A stretch of DNA of 39,025 bases, from contig CAZUIM010000019.1 in assembly GCA_964620325.1 (NCBI GenBank), positions 1,142 to 40,166 of the forward strand. Direction: 5' to 3'. The translations under genes and the position numbers were made by a program. The DNA is from an uncultured Thermotogae bacterium (GTDB lineage Bacteria; Bipolaricaulota; Bipolaricaulia; UBA7950; UBA9294). This document shows positions 6,681-17,111 of this stretch, one piece after another. Position 1 is the stretch's first letter. Each line of letters opens with the position of its first letter. The notes beneath the pieces were generated by a model. The model worked only from the letters and a program-made list of their open reading frames with translations. It was not told the origin of the DNA and did not search any database.

Positions 6681-8424
6681 CGATTCGACGACCCGTCGCC
6701 GTGGTCGCGTGGTCGCGGCGATCCTCATCCTCTGTGCAATGGCCGTGGTCGGACGGCTGCTGCAGCTTCAGATCATCGACGGAAGTCAATGGCGTGCGCT
6801 CGCTGCGTCGGTCCAGGAGCGAACCCTCGATCTCCCCCCGAGACGCGGTGCGATTCTCGACCGGGACGGGACCCCGCTCGCGTTCGACGTGAAGGCGACA
6901 GCGATCGCCGTCGACGGGTTCAACATGACCAAGCCGGAGACGCTGGTGACGATCTTGGCCGACGAACTCGATCGCTCCGAGGCCGAGATCTCAGATCTGG
7001 TCTATCGGTCGAGCTATTTCACATGGGTCGATCGTTCCGCGCCGCTCGATGCGGCGCAGCGGATCGAGGAGCGTGCTGCGGATGCCGGAGCCTACGGGCT
7101 GATCTTCTTCGACACCTGGAAACGGTGCTATCCACAGGGGCGATTGGCGTCGAACGTGATCGGCTTCGTCGGTACGGACGGAAGCGGTCTCGAGGGGATC
7201 GAGCTCTCCTTCGACGAGACCCTTCGGGGGGTCCCGAAGCGAGTGCGAGTCGTCGAAGGCGCAGACGGTCGCACCTACCAGACGGACGTGATCGATCCGG
7301 GGAGGCCGGGGGAGGACGTTGTCCTTACGCTCGACGCCGATCTCCAATTCATCTGTGAGGACGAGATCGAGGCGGGCGTCTCGCGCTTCCGGGCCGCCGC
7401 CGGCGTGATTGTCGCCGTCGACCTGAGCACCGGCGAGGCTCTGGCGATGGCACAGGACAAGGGATACGACCTGAACGAGTTCCAGTCATCGACCCTGGTA
7501 GAGCGAAGAAACCTGGCCGTGGCAGCGATCTTCGAGCCTGGGTCGATCTTCAAGGTCTTCGCCGGCCTGGCGGCGCTCGAGGCCGGCATTGTCGGGGTCG
7601 ATGACACGTTCGACGGAAACGACGGGATCGCGATCGGCGGACACGTCATGCACAACGCCGATCGGGTCGACTACGGGACCGTGACGTTCGGACAGACGAT
7701 CGAGGACTCGGTGAACACGGCGATGATCCAGGTGGCCCTTCGCCTCGGCGAGGAGGGGCTCCGCTCGTATCTCGCGGACCTCGGATTCGGTCGGCGGACC
7801 GAGATCGGGCTTCCCGGAGAGGAGGCCGGGATTCTGCGTCCGGCCGCTGTGTGGTCGTCGCTCGACTTGGCCGCAGCCTCGATCGGCCAGTCGGTCGCGG
7901 TGACGGCGATCCAGCTCACCCGAGCGCTCGCCTGTGTTGCCAACGACGGGATTCTTCCCGAGGTGAGCATCGTGCGGCACGGGGAGGTCGGCGCTGGAAG
8001 TCGCGTCGCGACCGAGGAATCGACGGCGACGATGCTCGAGCTGATGACGCGGGTCGTCGAGTCCGGGACCGGAACGCTCGCTGCGATCGACGGGTTCACG
8101 ATCGCCGGAAAGACGGGGACGGCGCAGAAGGCGACGAGCGAACGTGGCTACGCCGACGGGAAGTACACATCCCTGTTTGCCGGCTGTCTTCCGGCCGAGG
8201 ATCCACACGTCGTGATCCTCGTCGTCCTCGACGAGGTCGGCACGACGCCGGTCTCAGGCGGATACACCGCGGGGCAGATCTTCCAAGAGACGGCGACGAG
8301 GATGATTCACGCCGAACGACTGGCATCGACGACATCGGACACCTATGAGCCTCGGAGCCACGCTCCGGCGACGAGCGTTGAAGGGCGTGTGCTGAGCGGG
8401 GAGGAGCTGTTCGGGCGACACTAG
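6652..8424 (+). CDS. ftsI: Peptidoglycan D,D-transpeptidase FtsI (class B penicillin-binding protein)
   Basis: An N-terminal TM anchor is followed by a PBP dimerisation domain. Transpeptidase motifs SIFK (SxxK), SVN (SxN) and KTGTA (KTG) are present. The start was chosen at ATG 6652, overlapping the ftsL end. The ORF-track start at 6565 is less likely. Confidence 0.9.
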   Translation: MSPFLRRKTSDSTTRRRGRVVAAILILCAMAVVGRLLQLQIIDGSQWRALAASVQERTLDLPPRRGAILDRDGTPLAFDVKATAIAVDGFNMTKPETLVTILADELDRSEAEISDLVYRSSYFTWVDRSAPLDAAQRIEERAADAGAYGLIFFDTWKRCYPQGRLASNVIGFVGTDGSGLEGIELSFDETLRGVPKRVRVVEGADGRTYQTDVIDPGRPGEDVVLTLDADLQFICEDEIEAGVSRFRAAAGVIVAVDLSTGEALAMAQDKGYDLNEFQSSTLVERRNLAVAAIFEPGSIFKVFAGLAALEAGIVGVDDTFDGNDGIAIGGHVMHNADRVDYGTVTFGQTIEDSVNTAMIQVALRLGEEGLRSYLADLGFGRRTEIGLPGEEAGILRPAAVWSSLDLAAASIGQSVAVTAIQLTRALACVANDGILPEVSIVRHGEVGAGSRVATEESTATMLELMTRVVESGTGTLAAIDGFTIAGKTGTAQKATSERGYADGKYTSLFAGCLPAEDPHVVILVVLDEVGTTPVSGGYTAGQIFQETATRMIHAERLASTTSDTYEPRSHAPATSVEGRVLSGEELFGRH

Positions 8425-8427
8425 CCG

Positions 8428-10275
8428 CTACCGCCGCAGGTGGATGGCGAGGATCGAGAGATCGGCCTGGGAGACGCCGGGAACGCGGGTCGCCTGTCCG
8501 AACGATCGAGGTCGGACGCGAGCCAGGAGATCTCGGCCTTCGATCGAAATGCCTTCGAGCGCGCGAAAGTCGACGTCGGCCGGGATGGCCAGGGACTCCA
8601 TTCGTCGGAGCCGCTCGATCTGTCGCTCTTGCTGTTCGAGATAGCCGGCGTACTTCCCGGCGATCTCCGCCTCGAGGAGAACGTCGCCGGAGAGCCCGTC
8701 TGGTTCCACCAGATCCTCGATGCGCACGTGCGGACGCCGTAGGAGGTCGAACAGCGAGGTGCCGTTCTTCGAAAGTGCTGAGCTCCCTCTCTCGGCCAGA
8801 CGGGTGTTCAGTGGATCGCTCGGCCCGACGCGCGTTTCGACCATTCGATCGATGAGCCGTTCGATCGATCGCCGTCGTTCGAGGAAGCGTTCGTACTTCT
8901 CGTCAGAGAGGAGGCCGATCGTGTGTCCGAGATCGCAGAGCCGGAGATCGGCGTTGCCCTCGCGGAGTGTGATCCGGTATTCGGCCCGTGACGGGAGCAT
9001 CCGATACGGCTCGGTGATCCCTTTGGTGACGAGATCGTCGACGAGGACTCCGGCGAACGCCTGTCCGCGATCGAGAATCAAGGGAGGTTCTCCTCGGAGT
9101 CGGCGGACGGCGTTCACTCCGGCGAGGAGGCCGAGGGCGGCCGCCTCCTCGTAACCGGTCGTTCCGATGATCTGGCCGGCGAGGTAGAGGCCGGAGATTC
9201 CATCGACTTGAAGGGACGCGTCGACGTGGAGCGGATCGACGTGGTCGTACTCGATGTTGTACCCATACCGCTCGATCTGTGCTCGTTCCAGCCCGCGAAT
9301 CGAACGGACGATTCGATCCTGGATCTGCGGGGAGAAGGCGGTGTAGATCCCCTGGAGATAGACCTCCGGCCGGTTTCGCCCCTCCGGTTCGCAGAAGACC
9401 TTGTGCGAGGTCCGCTCGGGGAAGCGGACGATCTTCGTCTCTAATGAGGGGCAGTGGCGTGGACCGACGCCGTTCATCAGACCGTTGTAGTTTGCGCTCC
9501 GGTCGAGACTTGTCGCGATGATCGCGTGCGTCCGGGGGTTCGTATGCGTCACGTGGACAGGGAAGTTGTCAGGGAGGACCTGCGGAGTCGACCAGAAGGA
9601 GAAGGCGAGCGGGCGCTCGCTCGTTGCCTGTCGTTCGAGGGTCGTTGTGTCGATCGAGTCTCTGGTGACGCGGGGTGGTGTTCCGGTCTTCATCCGGCGC
9701 AATCGGAGACCGAGATTTCGTAGCGCTCGAGCGAGATCGATCGACGGCGGCTCACCTGCCCGGCCGGCTGGGTGGGCCTCGCGACCGAGAAGGATCCTTC
9801 CGTTCAGGAACGTGCCGGCGCAGACGATGACGGCCTTCGCCTTCAACGTCCGACCGTCCTGCAGGCGAACGCCTTCCACACGGCGGCTTCGTACGACGAG
9901 TTCATCGACGCACGCCTCGACGACGTCAAGAGATTCCTCGCCCGCGAGGATCTCCTTCCACGCGAGCTCATACGTGTCACGATCGGCTTGGGCGCGACGG
10001 ACCTGCATCGCCGGCCCCTTGCTCGAGTTCAGGATGCGGATGTGAATCGCCGCGGCGTCGGCGACGCGGGCCATCTGGCCGCCGAGCGCATCGATCTCGC
10101 GAACGAGCTGTGATTTTCCCGGCCCGCCGATCGCAGGATTGCAGGGCATCTTCCCGATCTCGGAGCGACGCATCGTGACCAGTGCCGTCTCGGCGCCGAG
10201 ACGGCTTGAAGCGACGGCCGCTTCGCATCCGGCGTGGCCGGCGCCGACCACGACGACGTCGTAGTAGCTCATCAC
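8428..10275 (-). CDS. mnmG: tRNA uridine 5-carboxymethylaminomethyl modification enzyme MnmG (GidA)
   Basis: The N-terminus YDVVVVGAGHAGCEAA is an FAD-binding fold. A GTGTPPR-like segment is present. 615 aa, typical for MnmG. Confidence 0.95.
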   Translation of the reverse strand: MMSYYDVVVVGAGHAGCEAAVASSRLGAETALVTMRRSEIGKMPCNPAIGGPGKSQLVREIDALGGQMARVADAAAIHIRILNSSKGPAMQVRRAQADRDTYELAWKEILAGEESLDVVEACVDELVVRSRRVEGVRLQDGRTLKAKAVIVCAGTFLNGRILLGREAHPAGRAGEPPSIDLARALRNLGLRLRRMKTGTPPRVTRDSIDTTTLERQATSERPLAFSFWSTPQVLPDNFPVHVTHTNPRTHAIIATSLDRSANYNGLMNGVGPRHCPSLETKIVRFPERTSHKVFCEPEGRNRPEVYLQGIYTAFSPQIQDRIVRSIRGLERAQIERYGYNIEYDHVDPLHVDASLQVDGISGLYLAGQIIGTTGYEEAAALGLLAGVNAVRRLRGEPPLILDRGQAFAGVLVDDLVTKGITEPYRMLPSRAEYRITLREGNADLRLCDLGHTIGLLSDEKYERFLERRRSIERLIDRMVETRVGPSDPLNTRLAERGSSALSKNGTSLFDLLRRPHVRIEDLVEPDGLSGDVLLEAEIAGKYAGYLEQQERQIERLRRMESLAIPADVDFRALEGISIEGRDLLARVRPRSFGQATRVPGVSQADLSILAIHLRR

Positions 10276-10285
10276 TCGAACGACG

Positions 10286-11032
10286 CTAGTCCTTCTTCGT
10301 CTTGAGCCACTCGAACAGCTCGAGCGGCACCGGGAAGACGATCGTCGACGCGTTTTCGGCCGAAATGTCGTTCAGTGTTTGCAGGTAGCGAAGTTGGAGA
10401 GCCGACGGATTCCGTTCGATGATCGCCGCCGCTTCGCCGAGCTTCGTCGCCGCTTGGAGTTCTCCCTCTGCGTTGATCACCTTGGCGCGTCGGTCGCGTT
10501 CCGCCTCCGCCTGTCGGGCGATCGCACGCTGCATGTCGGCCGGAAGCTTCACGTCCTTGATCTCCATGTTCTTGACCTTGATCCCCCAGGGATCGGTCTG
10601 CTCGTCGACGATCTGCTGGAGTTGTTGGTTGATCATGTCGCGCTCGCTCAAGACCTGATCGAGTTCGAATCGACCGAGAACGCTTCGAAGCGTGGTCATC
10701 GCGATCTGGCGAGTCGCTTCCATGTAGTTCTGCACTTGGACGACGGCGTCGCTCGGGTCGAGGACGCGGAAGAAGAGGACGGCGTTCACCTGCGTCGAGA
10801 CGTTGTCCTTCGTGATGACCTCTTGCGGCGGTACGTCAAGCGCGATCGTGCGCAGACTGACCTTCACCATCTTGTCGACGATCGGGATGATCAGGAAGAT
10901 CCCCGGGCCTCTGGCGCCGACGAGCCGCCCCAGTCGGAAGATGACGCCTCGTTCGTACTCGCGGACGATCTTGATCGCGCTGGTCAGGAACAGAAAGACG
11001 ACGGCGACAATCGCACCAATGGCTGTGTACAT
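10286..11032 (-). CDS. SPFH/Band-7 (stomatin/HflC-like) membrane protein
   Basis: An N-terminal TM helix is followed by [17 protein letters not shown], typical of the SPFH domain. The start is set at ATG 11032, which has GGGGGAGGG 7 nt upstream. The GTG at 11038 used in the ORF track abuts the RBS. The gene sits immediately upstream of mnmG on the same strand. Confidence 0.85.
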   Translation of the reverse strand: MYTAIGAIVAVVFLFLTSAIKIVREYERGVIFRLGRLVGARGPGIFLIIPIVDKMVKVSLRTIALDVPPQEVITKDNVSTQVNAVLFFRVLDPSDAVVQVQNYMEATRQIAMTTLRSVLGRFELDQVLSERDMINQQLQQIVDEQTDPWGIKVKNMEIKDVKLPADMQRAIARQAEAERDRRAKVINAEGELQAATKLGEAAAIIERNPSALQLRYLQTLNDISAENASTIVFPVPLELFEWLKTKKD

Positions 11033-11157
11033 GCTCACCCCTCCCCCTCAGATTCGTGTCCGACCGAACGTGGCATAGTAGATAGGCCCGTCTGGAATGT
11101 CAATTGCCCCGTACGACGGCCGGTTCGGTATACTGCAAATCGAAAGGGGAGGTGGGC

Positions 11158-11919
11158 GTGAGACGACGGTTGATCGCAGGGAACTGGAAGATGCATATGA
11201 CGCCTCAGGAGACGGAGAGTTTCATCGGCGCGTTCGTCGACCGAATCGGATCGCGAGGAGACGTCGAGGTGTTGCTGATTCCGCCGTTCACCAGTCTCGA
11301 TCGAGCCGCGCGGCTCCTCGAAGGGACGCCTGTGGCCGTCGGGGCGCAGGATCTTCATTTCGAACAGAAGGGGGCCTACACAGGCGCGATCTCGGGCGAG
11401 ATGATCCGCGCGAGCGGCTGTCGGTACGTCTTGGTCGGACATTCGGAGCGCCGTTACGTCTTCGGCGACGCCGATGAGACCGTCGGGCGGAAGCTTCGAG
11501 CGGCTCTCGACGCCGGGCTGTCGCCGATCCTCTGTGTCGGTGAGACGCACGGACAACGCCGAGCCGGAGAGACGGACAACGTGATCAGCGGACAGCTTGC
11601 GGCGGGGCTCGACGGCGTCGAGATAGGCGAGATGGGGCGGATTGCGATTGCCTACGAGCCGGTGTGGGCGATCGGGACCGGCGAAACGGCGACGCCGGAT
11701 CAGGCGCAAGCGGTGATCGCTTCGATCCGTCGGAGACTCGACGAGCGATTCGGCGACACGGTGGCCGAATCGACGCGCATCCTCTACGGTGGAAGCGTCA
11801 AGCCCGAGAACGCCGCGTCCTTGATCACTGAACCGGACATCGACGGCGCCCTCGTCGGCGGTGCCTCCCTCGATCCAGACTCGTTCGCCCGGATCGTCGA
11901 AGAGGCGAGCACAGGATGA
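11158..11919 (+). CDS. tpiA: Triose-phosphate isomerase
   Basis: GTG start with an AAAGGGGAGGTGGG RBS. IAGNWKMH, the catalytic region and C-terminal loops are conserved. Confidence 0.9.
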   Translation: MRRRLIAGNWKMHMTPQETESFIGAFVDRIGSRGDVEVLLIPPFTSLDRAARLLEGTPVAVGAQDLHFEQKGAYTGAISGEMIRASGCRYVLVGHSERRYVFGDADETVGRKLRAALDAGLSPILCVGETHGQRRAGETDNVISGQLAAGLDGVEIGEMGRIAIAYEPVWAIGTGETATPDQAQAVIASIRRRLDERFGDTVAESTRILYGGSVKPENAASLITEPDIDGALVGGASLDPDSFARIVEEASTG

Positions 11920-12485
11920 GTGGGTGGATCGGGCTCTTTCGGACGATTCCGAACCAGATCACGTTGTCGAGGATTGCGTTCGTCCCACTCCTGATGTTCC
12001 TCATCCTGTTCGAGTCGGATGTCACCAGGATCCTGGCGATGATCCTCTTCTTCCTCGCCGCTGTCTCCGACGCGGTCGATGGATACTTGGCGCGGAGCCT
12101 CAAGCAGACGAGCACCTTCGGGAAGTTCGCCGACCCAATCGCCGACAAGCTTCTGATCGCCGGGGCACTGGTCGCGTTTCTTCAACTCGGCGAACTGAGT
12201 GCGTGGGCGGTGATGGCGATCATCGCGAGGGAGTTTCTCGTGACCGGACTGCGGATCCTGGCAATCTCCGAGGGTGAAGCGATCGGGGCGCGCTTCCTCG
12301 GCAAGGCGAAAACGATCTCGCACGTCGCCCTCGTCCTCGCGATTCTCGTCGATCGATCGTTCGCACTCGGTACGGGGGGCGACGTGGCGAAGACGATCTG
12401 CCTCGCTCTGGCTCTTGCCCTCTCGTTCGCGTCGGGGGTCGAGTACTTCTACAGATCTCGGAATCTGTTCCGACAGCCCGCCTGA
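11916..12485 (+). CDS. pgsA: CDP-alcohol phosphatidyltransferase (CDP-diacylglycerol--glycerol-3-phosphate 3-phosphatidyltransferase-like)
   Basis: ATGA overlap with the tpiA stop. The DGYLAR...G...DPIADK motif (D-G-x2-A-R...G-x3-D-x3-D) is present, and the protein is multi-TM. Confidence 0.8.
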   Translation: MSGWIGLFRTIPNQITLSRIAFVPLLMFLILFESDVTRILAMILFFLAAVSDAVDGYLARSLKQTSTFGKFADPIADKLLIAGALVAFLQLGELSAWAVMAIIAREFLVTGLRILAISEGEAIGARFLGKAKTISHVALVLAILVDRSFALGTGGDVAKTICLALALALSFASGVEYFYRSRNLFRQPA

Positions 12486-12583
12486 CCGGGAGCGTTTGTC
12501 TGCCGTTCGGGTAACCGACTCGCCGACCGGGCGGTACGTCGATGACCTCGCCACAAACGTACCGAGGGCACACTCGCCTCACC

Positions 12584-15514
12584 ATGCGAAGGATCCACTG
12601 TCTGCGGTCGTTGTCGGCCGTCGCCGCTTTCGTCTGTCTGGTTAGCCTGTCTGCCGACGCGACCGTTTCGATCTCGCTCTCTGCGGATCCGATCCCGGTC
12701 GCGCGGGGGGAGGATCTGAACTACGCGATCACAATCGAGAACCACGGTCCGGGCCCGATCGCCGACGCGACCCTCTACGTCCCGCTACCCGCGGGGATCG
12801 ACCAGTTGGCCGCCGAGGTCCGTGTCGAGGGCGGAGGCTGGGAACCGTATCCGCCGAACGGTCTCGTCCCCCTCGCGCCGCTTCCGGTCGATGAGCGGCG
12901 AGGCTTCGAGATCCGTGGGCGGGTGGAGCTGGGTGCGCCCGGGCGCTTGGCGACGACGGCACAGATCGTTTCGCCCTCTGGACCTCTGGCCGAGGAGTCT
13001 CTCGCGGTCAACGTTCTCCCTTCGGTCGATGCGGGACCCGATCTGATTGTCGAGCTCGGTGGAGCGGTGCACCTTGTCGGCTGCTCGGCCGACGATGGCG
13101 GAGACGGGATCGCGACGCTCGCGTGGTCCGACGACGGCGCGGGGGGGGCGTTCGACGATTCGGCGATTCTGCATCCGATTTACACCCCATGTGCGGCTAG
13201 CGGCCTCGTCGACCTGACCCTGTCCGTCAGCGACCACGACGGCGACGAGGCGAGCGACTCACTTCGCGTACGTGTCAACGAACTGCCGGTCGTCTACGCC
13301 GGGGACGATCGCATCACGCGACAATCAGCGTCGGTCGGTCTGGACGACGCGACGGCCTCCGATGCCGACGGGTGGATCGTCGAGTACACGTGGTCGGACG
13401 GTGGCGCCGGGGGGAGGTTCTCGCCGTCGGCCGATGTCTTTCATCCGACCTACGCGGTTCCGATGGTCGACCCGTGCGGCAACGGAGAGATCGAGTTGAC
13501 GTTGACCGCCGTCGACGATTGGGGCGGTGAGGCGGCCGACTCACTTTGGATCGTCGTGAGGAACCCGAATCGGCCGCCCTGCGTGGACGCCGGGGACAGC
13601 CTGACGGTCGAGAGCGGCGCGACGGTCACTCTGGACGGAGTTGCGACCGATCCGGACGGCGTCCTCGACGTCGTTGTGTGGGATCAGACGGGGGGGACGA
13701 CCGTCGCCATCACCGGGTCGAGCGCGACGGTCGAGTTTGTCGCTCCGGAGGTCGATGTCGTCGAGGAACTGAGGTTCCAGCTTCGGGCGGTCGACGGGTG
13801 CGGCGTCGTGGCGACCGACGAGATGACCGTGACCGTGGAGCCCGTGCCGACGTTCGGGGGCGAGCTCCGTCTCGCCGTCTCCATCGCCGCGTTCGATTCC
13901 TGGGGACTTCCGCTCTCGCCGCTCGACGTGCTCTCCGGCGGGGACGAGGTCCGGTTGGTGGTCGAGGTGCGGAACGTCGGCGACGGGCGGCTCGTCGACT
14001 TGCAGGGATGGACCGGCATGGGAGAGGACCTCGTCTTCGGGAAGGTCGAGCTTGGCCCGTGGGAGGCCGCTCGGGCGGAGTTCTTCCACTGCATCGAGCC
14101 CGGGACGCTCGACGAGCGGGTCGAACTCGGCGTCGAGGTCTCGGCAAGCGGCCCGAAGGGTGAACGGATCGTGGCCGACGATTCGATCGTCCTCGCCGTC
14201 CGGGAGCCGGTCGAGGCCCTCTCCCTCGAGAAACGGGTCGACGCCGCCGAGGCGGCCGTCGGAGAGACCATCGTTTACACGTACGCGATTCGAAACGTCG
14301 GCGGCTCGAACGTTTCGGGGATCGCCCTGGTCGATGATCGACTCGGATCGATCTCGCTTCCGCGGACGACTCTCGCTTCGGGGGAGAGCCTGACCGTCGC
14401 GGTCGAGTACATCGTTTCCGAGTCGGACGTCCCGGGGCCGCTCGTCAACACGGCGCAGCTGACCGGATTCGGGGTCTCCGGTGTGAGAACGCAAGTCGAT
14501 TCGGTCGCGTCGGTCGCGGTCGTCACGGCCGGTGAGGGCGGCGCCGGCGGGAGTTCCGCGGCGCCCACTGACGGTAGATTCCGGTCCGTCGTCATCAGTG
14601 AAGTCGCTTGGGGGGGAACATCGCATGACGCGGCCGACGAGTGGATCGAGCTGGTCAATCTGACGGATCGGCCGATCGACCTCGGCGGCTGGAGCCTTCG
14701 TTGGCGGGGCAGCTCGTCGGGCGGGCTCTGGCGATCGATCGACCTCGCAGGGACGATCGATCCGCTTCCCGTTCCGTTGACCGACTCCGTCGACGAGCTC
14801 GGTCGTCTCGCCTCCGTCCGCGAGGACGAGGGCTGGAGAGTCTTCGACCTTTCGTGGTGGAACGTCGGGAAGCGCGACGGCGACGGACGAGGGTTCTACG
14901 TTCTCGAGCGCGGCAGCGACGAGACGATCGCCGACCTGGCGGCCGACCTCGTCTACGGCGCCGACGAGACGTTCGCGCTCCCCGACGACGGGACGACCCT
15001 CTACCTGCACGCGCCGGACGGGACACTCGTCGATACTGCGAACGCGTCGTCGGCCTCAGGCTGGTCGGCCGGGGACGGTCGAAGCGGAGCAACGATGGAG
15101 CGGGTCAACCTCCTTCGCGCGGACGAGATAGGGAATTGGCAGACGAATCCGGGAATTCTGACCAATGGACGCGACGCGGCCGGGAGTCGACTCGTGGCGA
15201 CGGCCGGGAGGCCGAACTCGCCGAGCTTGGAGACACTGACCGTCTACGCTGCTTCGAAGGTTCCGGCGATCCGGGTCGACGCGGCGACGGAGGTTCCGAT
15301 TCCACTCGACGGATCGATCCGAGTCACGGTCGCCGAGGCGGGCGAGCCCTCGGGGGGCGGGGGGAGTTCGGTCGCCGGGCCGATCGTCACACGCCGGACG
15401 GAGAACGCCACGTGGTTCGTGTTCGACCCGGAGCGGTGGCCGGCCGGGACGGTCTGCGTTTGGGTCGTCTGTGCAGAAAGCACCTACTTGATCCCTTTGG
15501 TGCGGGGAGACTGA
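12584..15514 (+). CDS. Large secreted multidomain protein (976 aa). It has a signal peptide, an N-terminal DUF11-like domain, internal paired repeats (WSDDGAGGAFD... and WSDGGAGGRFS...) and a lamin-tail domain (LTD).
   Basis: Signal peptide MRRIHCLRSLSAVAAFVCLVSLSADA. The LTD signature is FRSVVISEVAWGG...DEWIELVNLTDRPIDLGGWSLRW. The start was chosen at ATG 12584. The upstream in-frame start at 12542 is less likely. Confidence 0.75.
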   Translation: MRRIHCLRSLSAVAAFVCLVSLSADATVSISLSADPIPVARGEDLNYAITIENHGPGPIADATLYVPLPAGIDQLAAEVRVEGGGWEPYPPNGLVPLAPLPVDERRGFEIRGRVELGAPGRLATTAQIVSPSGPLAEESLAVNVLPSVDAGPDLIVELGGAVHLVGCSADDGGDGIATLAWSDDGAGGAFDDSAILHPIYTPCAASGLVDLTLSVSDHDGDEASDSLRVRVNELPVVYAGDDRITRQSASVGLDDATASDADGWIVEYTWSDGGAGGRFSPSADVFHPTYAVPMVDPCGNGEIELTLTAVDDWGGEAADSLWIVVRNPNRPPCVDAGDSLTVESGATVTLDGVATDPDGVLDVVVWDQTGGTTVAITGSSATVEFVAPEVDVVEELRFQLRAVDGCGVVATDEMTVTVEPVPTFGGELRLAVSIAAFDSWGLPLSPLDVLSGGDEVRLVVEVRNVGDGRLVDLQGWTGMGEDLVFGKVELGPWEAARAEFFHCIEPGTLDERVELGVEVSASGPKGERIVADDSIVLAVREPVEALSLEKRVDAAEAAVGETIVYTYAIRNVGGSNVSGIALVDDRLGSISLPRTTLASGESLTVAVEYIVSESDVPGPLVNTAQLTGFGVSGVRTQVDSVASVAVVTAGEGGAGGSSAAPTDGRFRSVVISEVAWGGTSHDAADEWIELVNLTDRPIDLGGWSLRWRGSSSGGLWRSIDLAGTIDPLPVPLTDSVDELGRLASVREDEGWRVFDLSWWNVGKRDGDGRGFYVLERGSDETIADLAADLVYGADETFALPDDGTTLYLHAPDGTLVDTANASSASGWSAGDGRSGATMERVNLLRADEIGNWQTNPGILTNGRDAAGSRLVATAGRPNSPSLETLTVYAASKVPAIRVDAATEVPIPLDGSIRVTVAEAGEPSGGGGSSVAGPIVTRRTENATWFVFDPERWPAGTVCVWVVCAESTYLIPLVRGD

Positions 15515-15639
15515 CCACACGGCGGGGCGCGATCCCCGATGTCGAGCGAGCTGGGATCGACTCCGTGACAACATCGACCTCCGGGGCACTTCGGCCGGCC
15601 GCTCGAAGCCCGGTAGAATGATCCGAAGGGAGGGGCACC

Positions 15640-17100
15640 TTGCGAACCCGCGTGTCGATCCTTCACTATCTGGGCATCATCCTTGTCGCCTTCTCGATTC
15701 TGCAGGCGGCACCGCTCGTCGTCAGCGTCATCTTCGACGAGACAGTCCAGTTCCCGATGCGCAATTTCGCGATCCCCGCCGGAATCAGCCTGGCGGTCGG
15801 TCTCTCACTCCTCGTCTTCTTCCGACCGCGACGGATGACGGTCGGCACGGCGATGGCCGTCGGAGCCCTCGGGTGGTTCGCTCTTTCCCTCGTCGGCGCG
15901 ATCCCCTACTGGCTCGCTCTCAAGGTCACGTTCCTCGACGCGTTCTTCGAGTCGGCGAGCGGCTTCACCACGACCGCCACGACCCTGCTGACCGGTCTAC
16001 AGATCCTCCCGCGTAGTCTCCTCATCTGGCGCGCTTTGACAGAGTGGATCGGCGGATTGGGGATCTTCACGCTCTTCCTATTCGTCATTCGCGAGGGGGG
16101 CGCGCGCCATGCACTCCTCGGGGCGGAGTCGCACAACGCGGCCTCCGAGCGCTTCTCTCCCGGTGTCTTCAGCTCGCTTCGCATCCTCTGGTCGATCTAC
16201 GGAGGGCTGACGGTCGCGTGCGCCCTGGTCCTTTGGATCGAGGGGTTGAGCCCGTTCGATGCAGCGGCGCACGCGCTGACGACCGTGTCGACCGGCGGTT
16301 ACTCCAACTACGACGCGAGCATCGCGCACTTCGGCGCGGTCGGGTTTCGCAACTACGTCGCGGTCGAGTACACGATCCTCGCGTTCATGTTCCTCGGCGG
16401 CACAAGCTTTCTCATCCATTGGAACGCGTTGCGCGGACGATGGCGATCGATCCTTGGAAACGTCGAGCTTCGGGCGTGGATCGTCCTCCTCCTCGGGGCG
16501 ACACTTCTCGTCGGCTTCGCCGATCGGGGGCGGATCGCCGAGGTCGGACTGCACACACACATTCGGACATCGCTCTTCCAAGTCGTCTCGATCGCAACGA
16601 CGACCGGCTTCACGACGGCTGATCTGAACACGTTCGAGCCGCTTTCGCAGCAGGTCTTCTTGTTGATGATGTTCATCGGTGGCTGCGTCGGTTCGACCTC
16701 CGGCGGTGTGAAGGTACTGCGCGCGACTGTCCTGTGGCGGATCCTTCGCCGGAGGCTCCGAGTGACGACACGTTCGCCACGCGAGGTCGTTCCGCTCACC
16801 TACGCGCGGGGGACGCTGTCGTCCGATGAAGCGGAGCGGACGACGGGGATCGTCGTCGGGTGGGTGTTGGCGCTGGCGATCGTCTGGCTCGCGATGACCC
16901 TCATCTCGAACCTCGACGGGTGGAGCTCGCTGTCGGCCGCCGTGTCGGCATTGAGCAACGTCGGACCGCACTTCGTTGTGCCGGAGGCGTTTGCGCAAGT
17001 TGGCACGACGTCTAAGGTCTTCTACATACTTGCGATGGTCGCCGGGCGTTTGGAGATCCTTCCGCTCCTGCTGATCTTCTCGCGCCGGGCCTGGAGGTAG
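15640..17100 (+). CDS. trkH: TrkH/KtrB-family potassium transporter, membrane subunit
   Basis: TTG start with a GAAGGGAGGGG RBS. The protein is multi-TM with repeated selectivity-filter-like GGxSxGG motifs (GGCVGSTSGGVKVLR). Confidence 0.9.
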   Translation: MRTRVSILHYLGIILVAFSILQAAPLVVSVIFDETVQFPMRNFAIPAGISLAVGLSLLVFFRPRRMTVGTAMAVGALGWFALSLVGAIPYWLALKVTFLDAFFESASGFTTTATTLLTGLQILPRSLLIWRALTEWIGGLGIFTLFLFVIREGGARHALLGAESHNAASERFSPGVFSSLRILWSIYGGLTVACALVLWIEGLSPFDAAAHALTTVSTGGYSNYDASIAHFGAVGFRNYVAVEYTILAFMFLGGTSFLIHWNALRGRWRSILGNVELRAWIVLLLGATLLVGFADRGRIAEVGLHTHIRTSLFQVVSIATTTGFTTADLNTFEPLSQQVFLLMMFIGGCVGSTSGGVKVLRATVLWRILRRRLRVTTRSPREVVPLTYARGTLSSDEAERTTGIVVGWVLALAIVWLAMTLISNLDGWSSLSAAVSALSNVGPHFVVPEAFAQVGTTSKVFYILAMVAGRLEILPLLLIFSRRAWR

Positions 17101-17111
17101 GTGAACGATCG

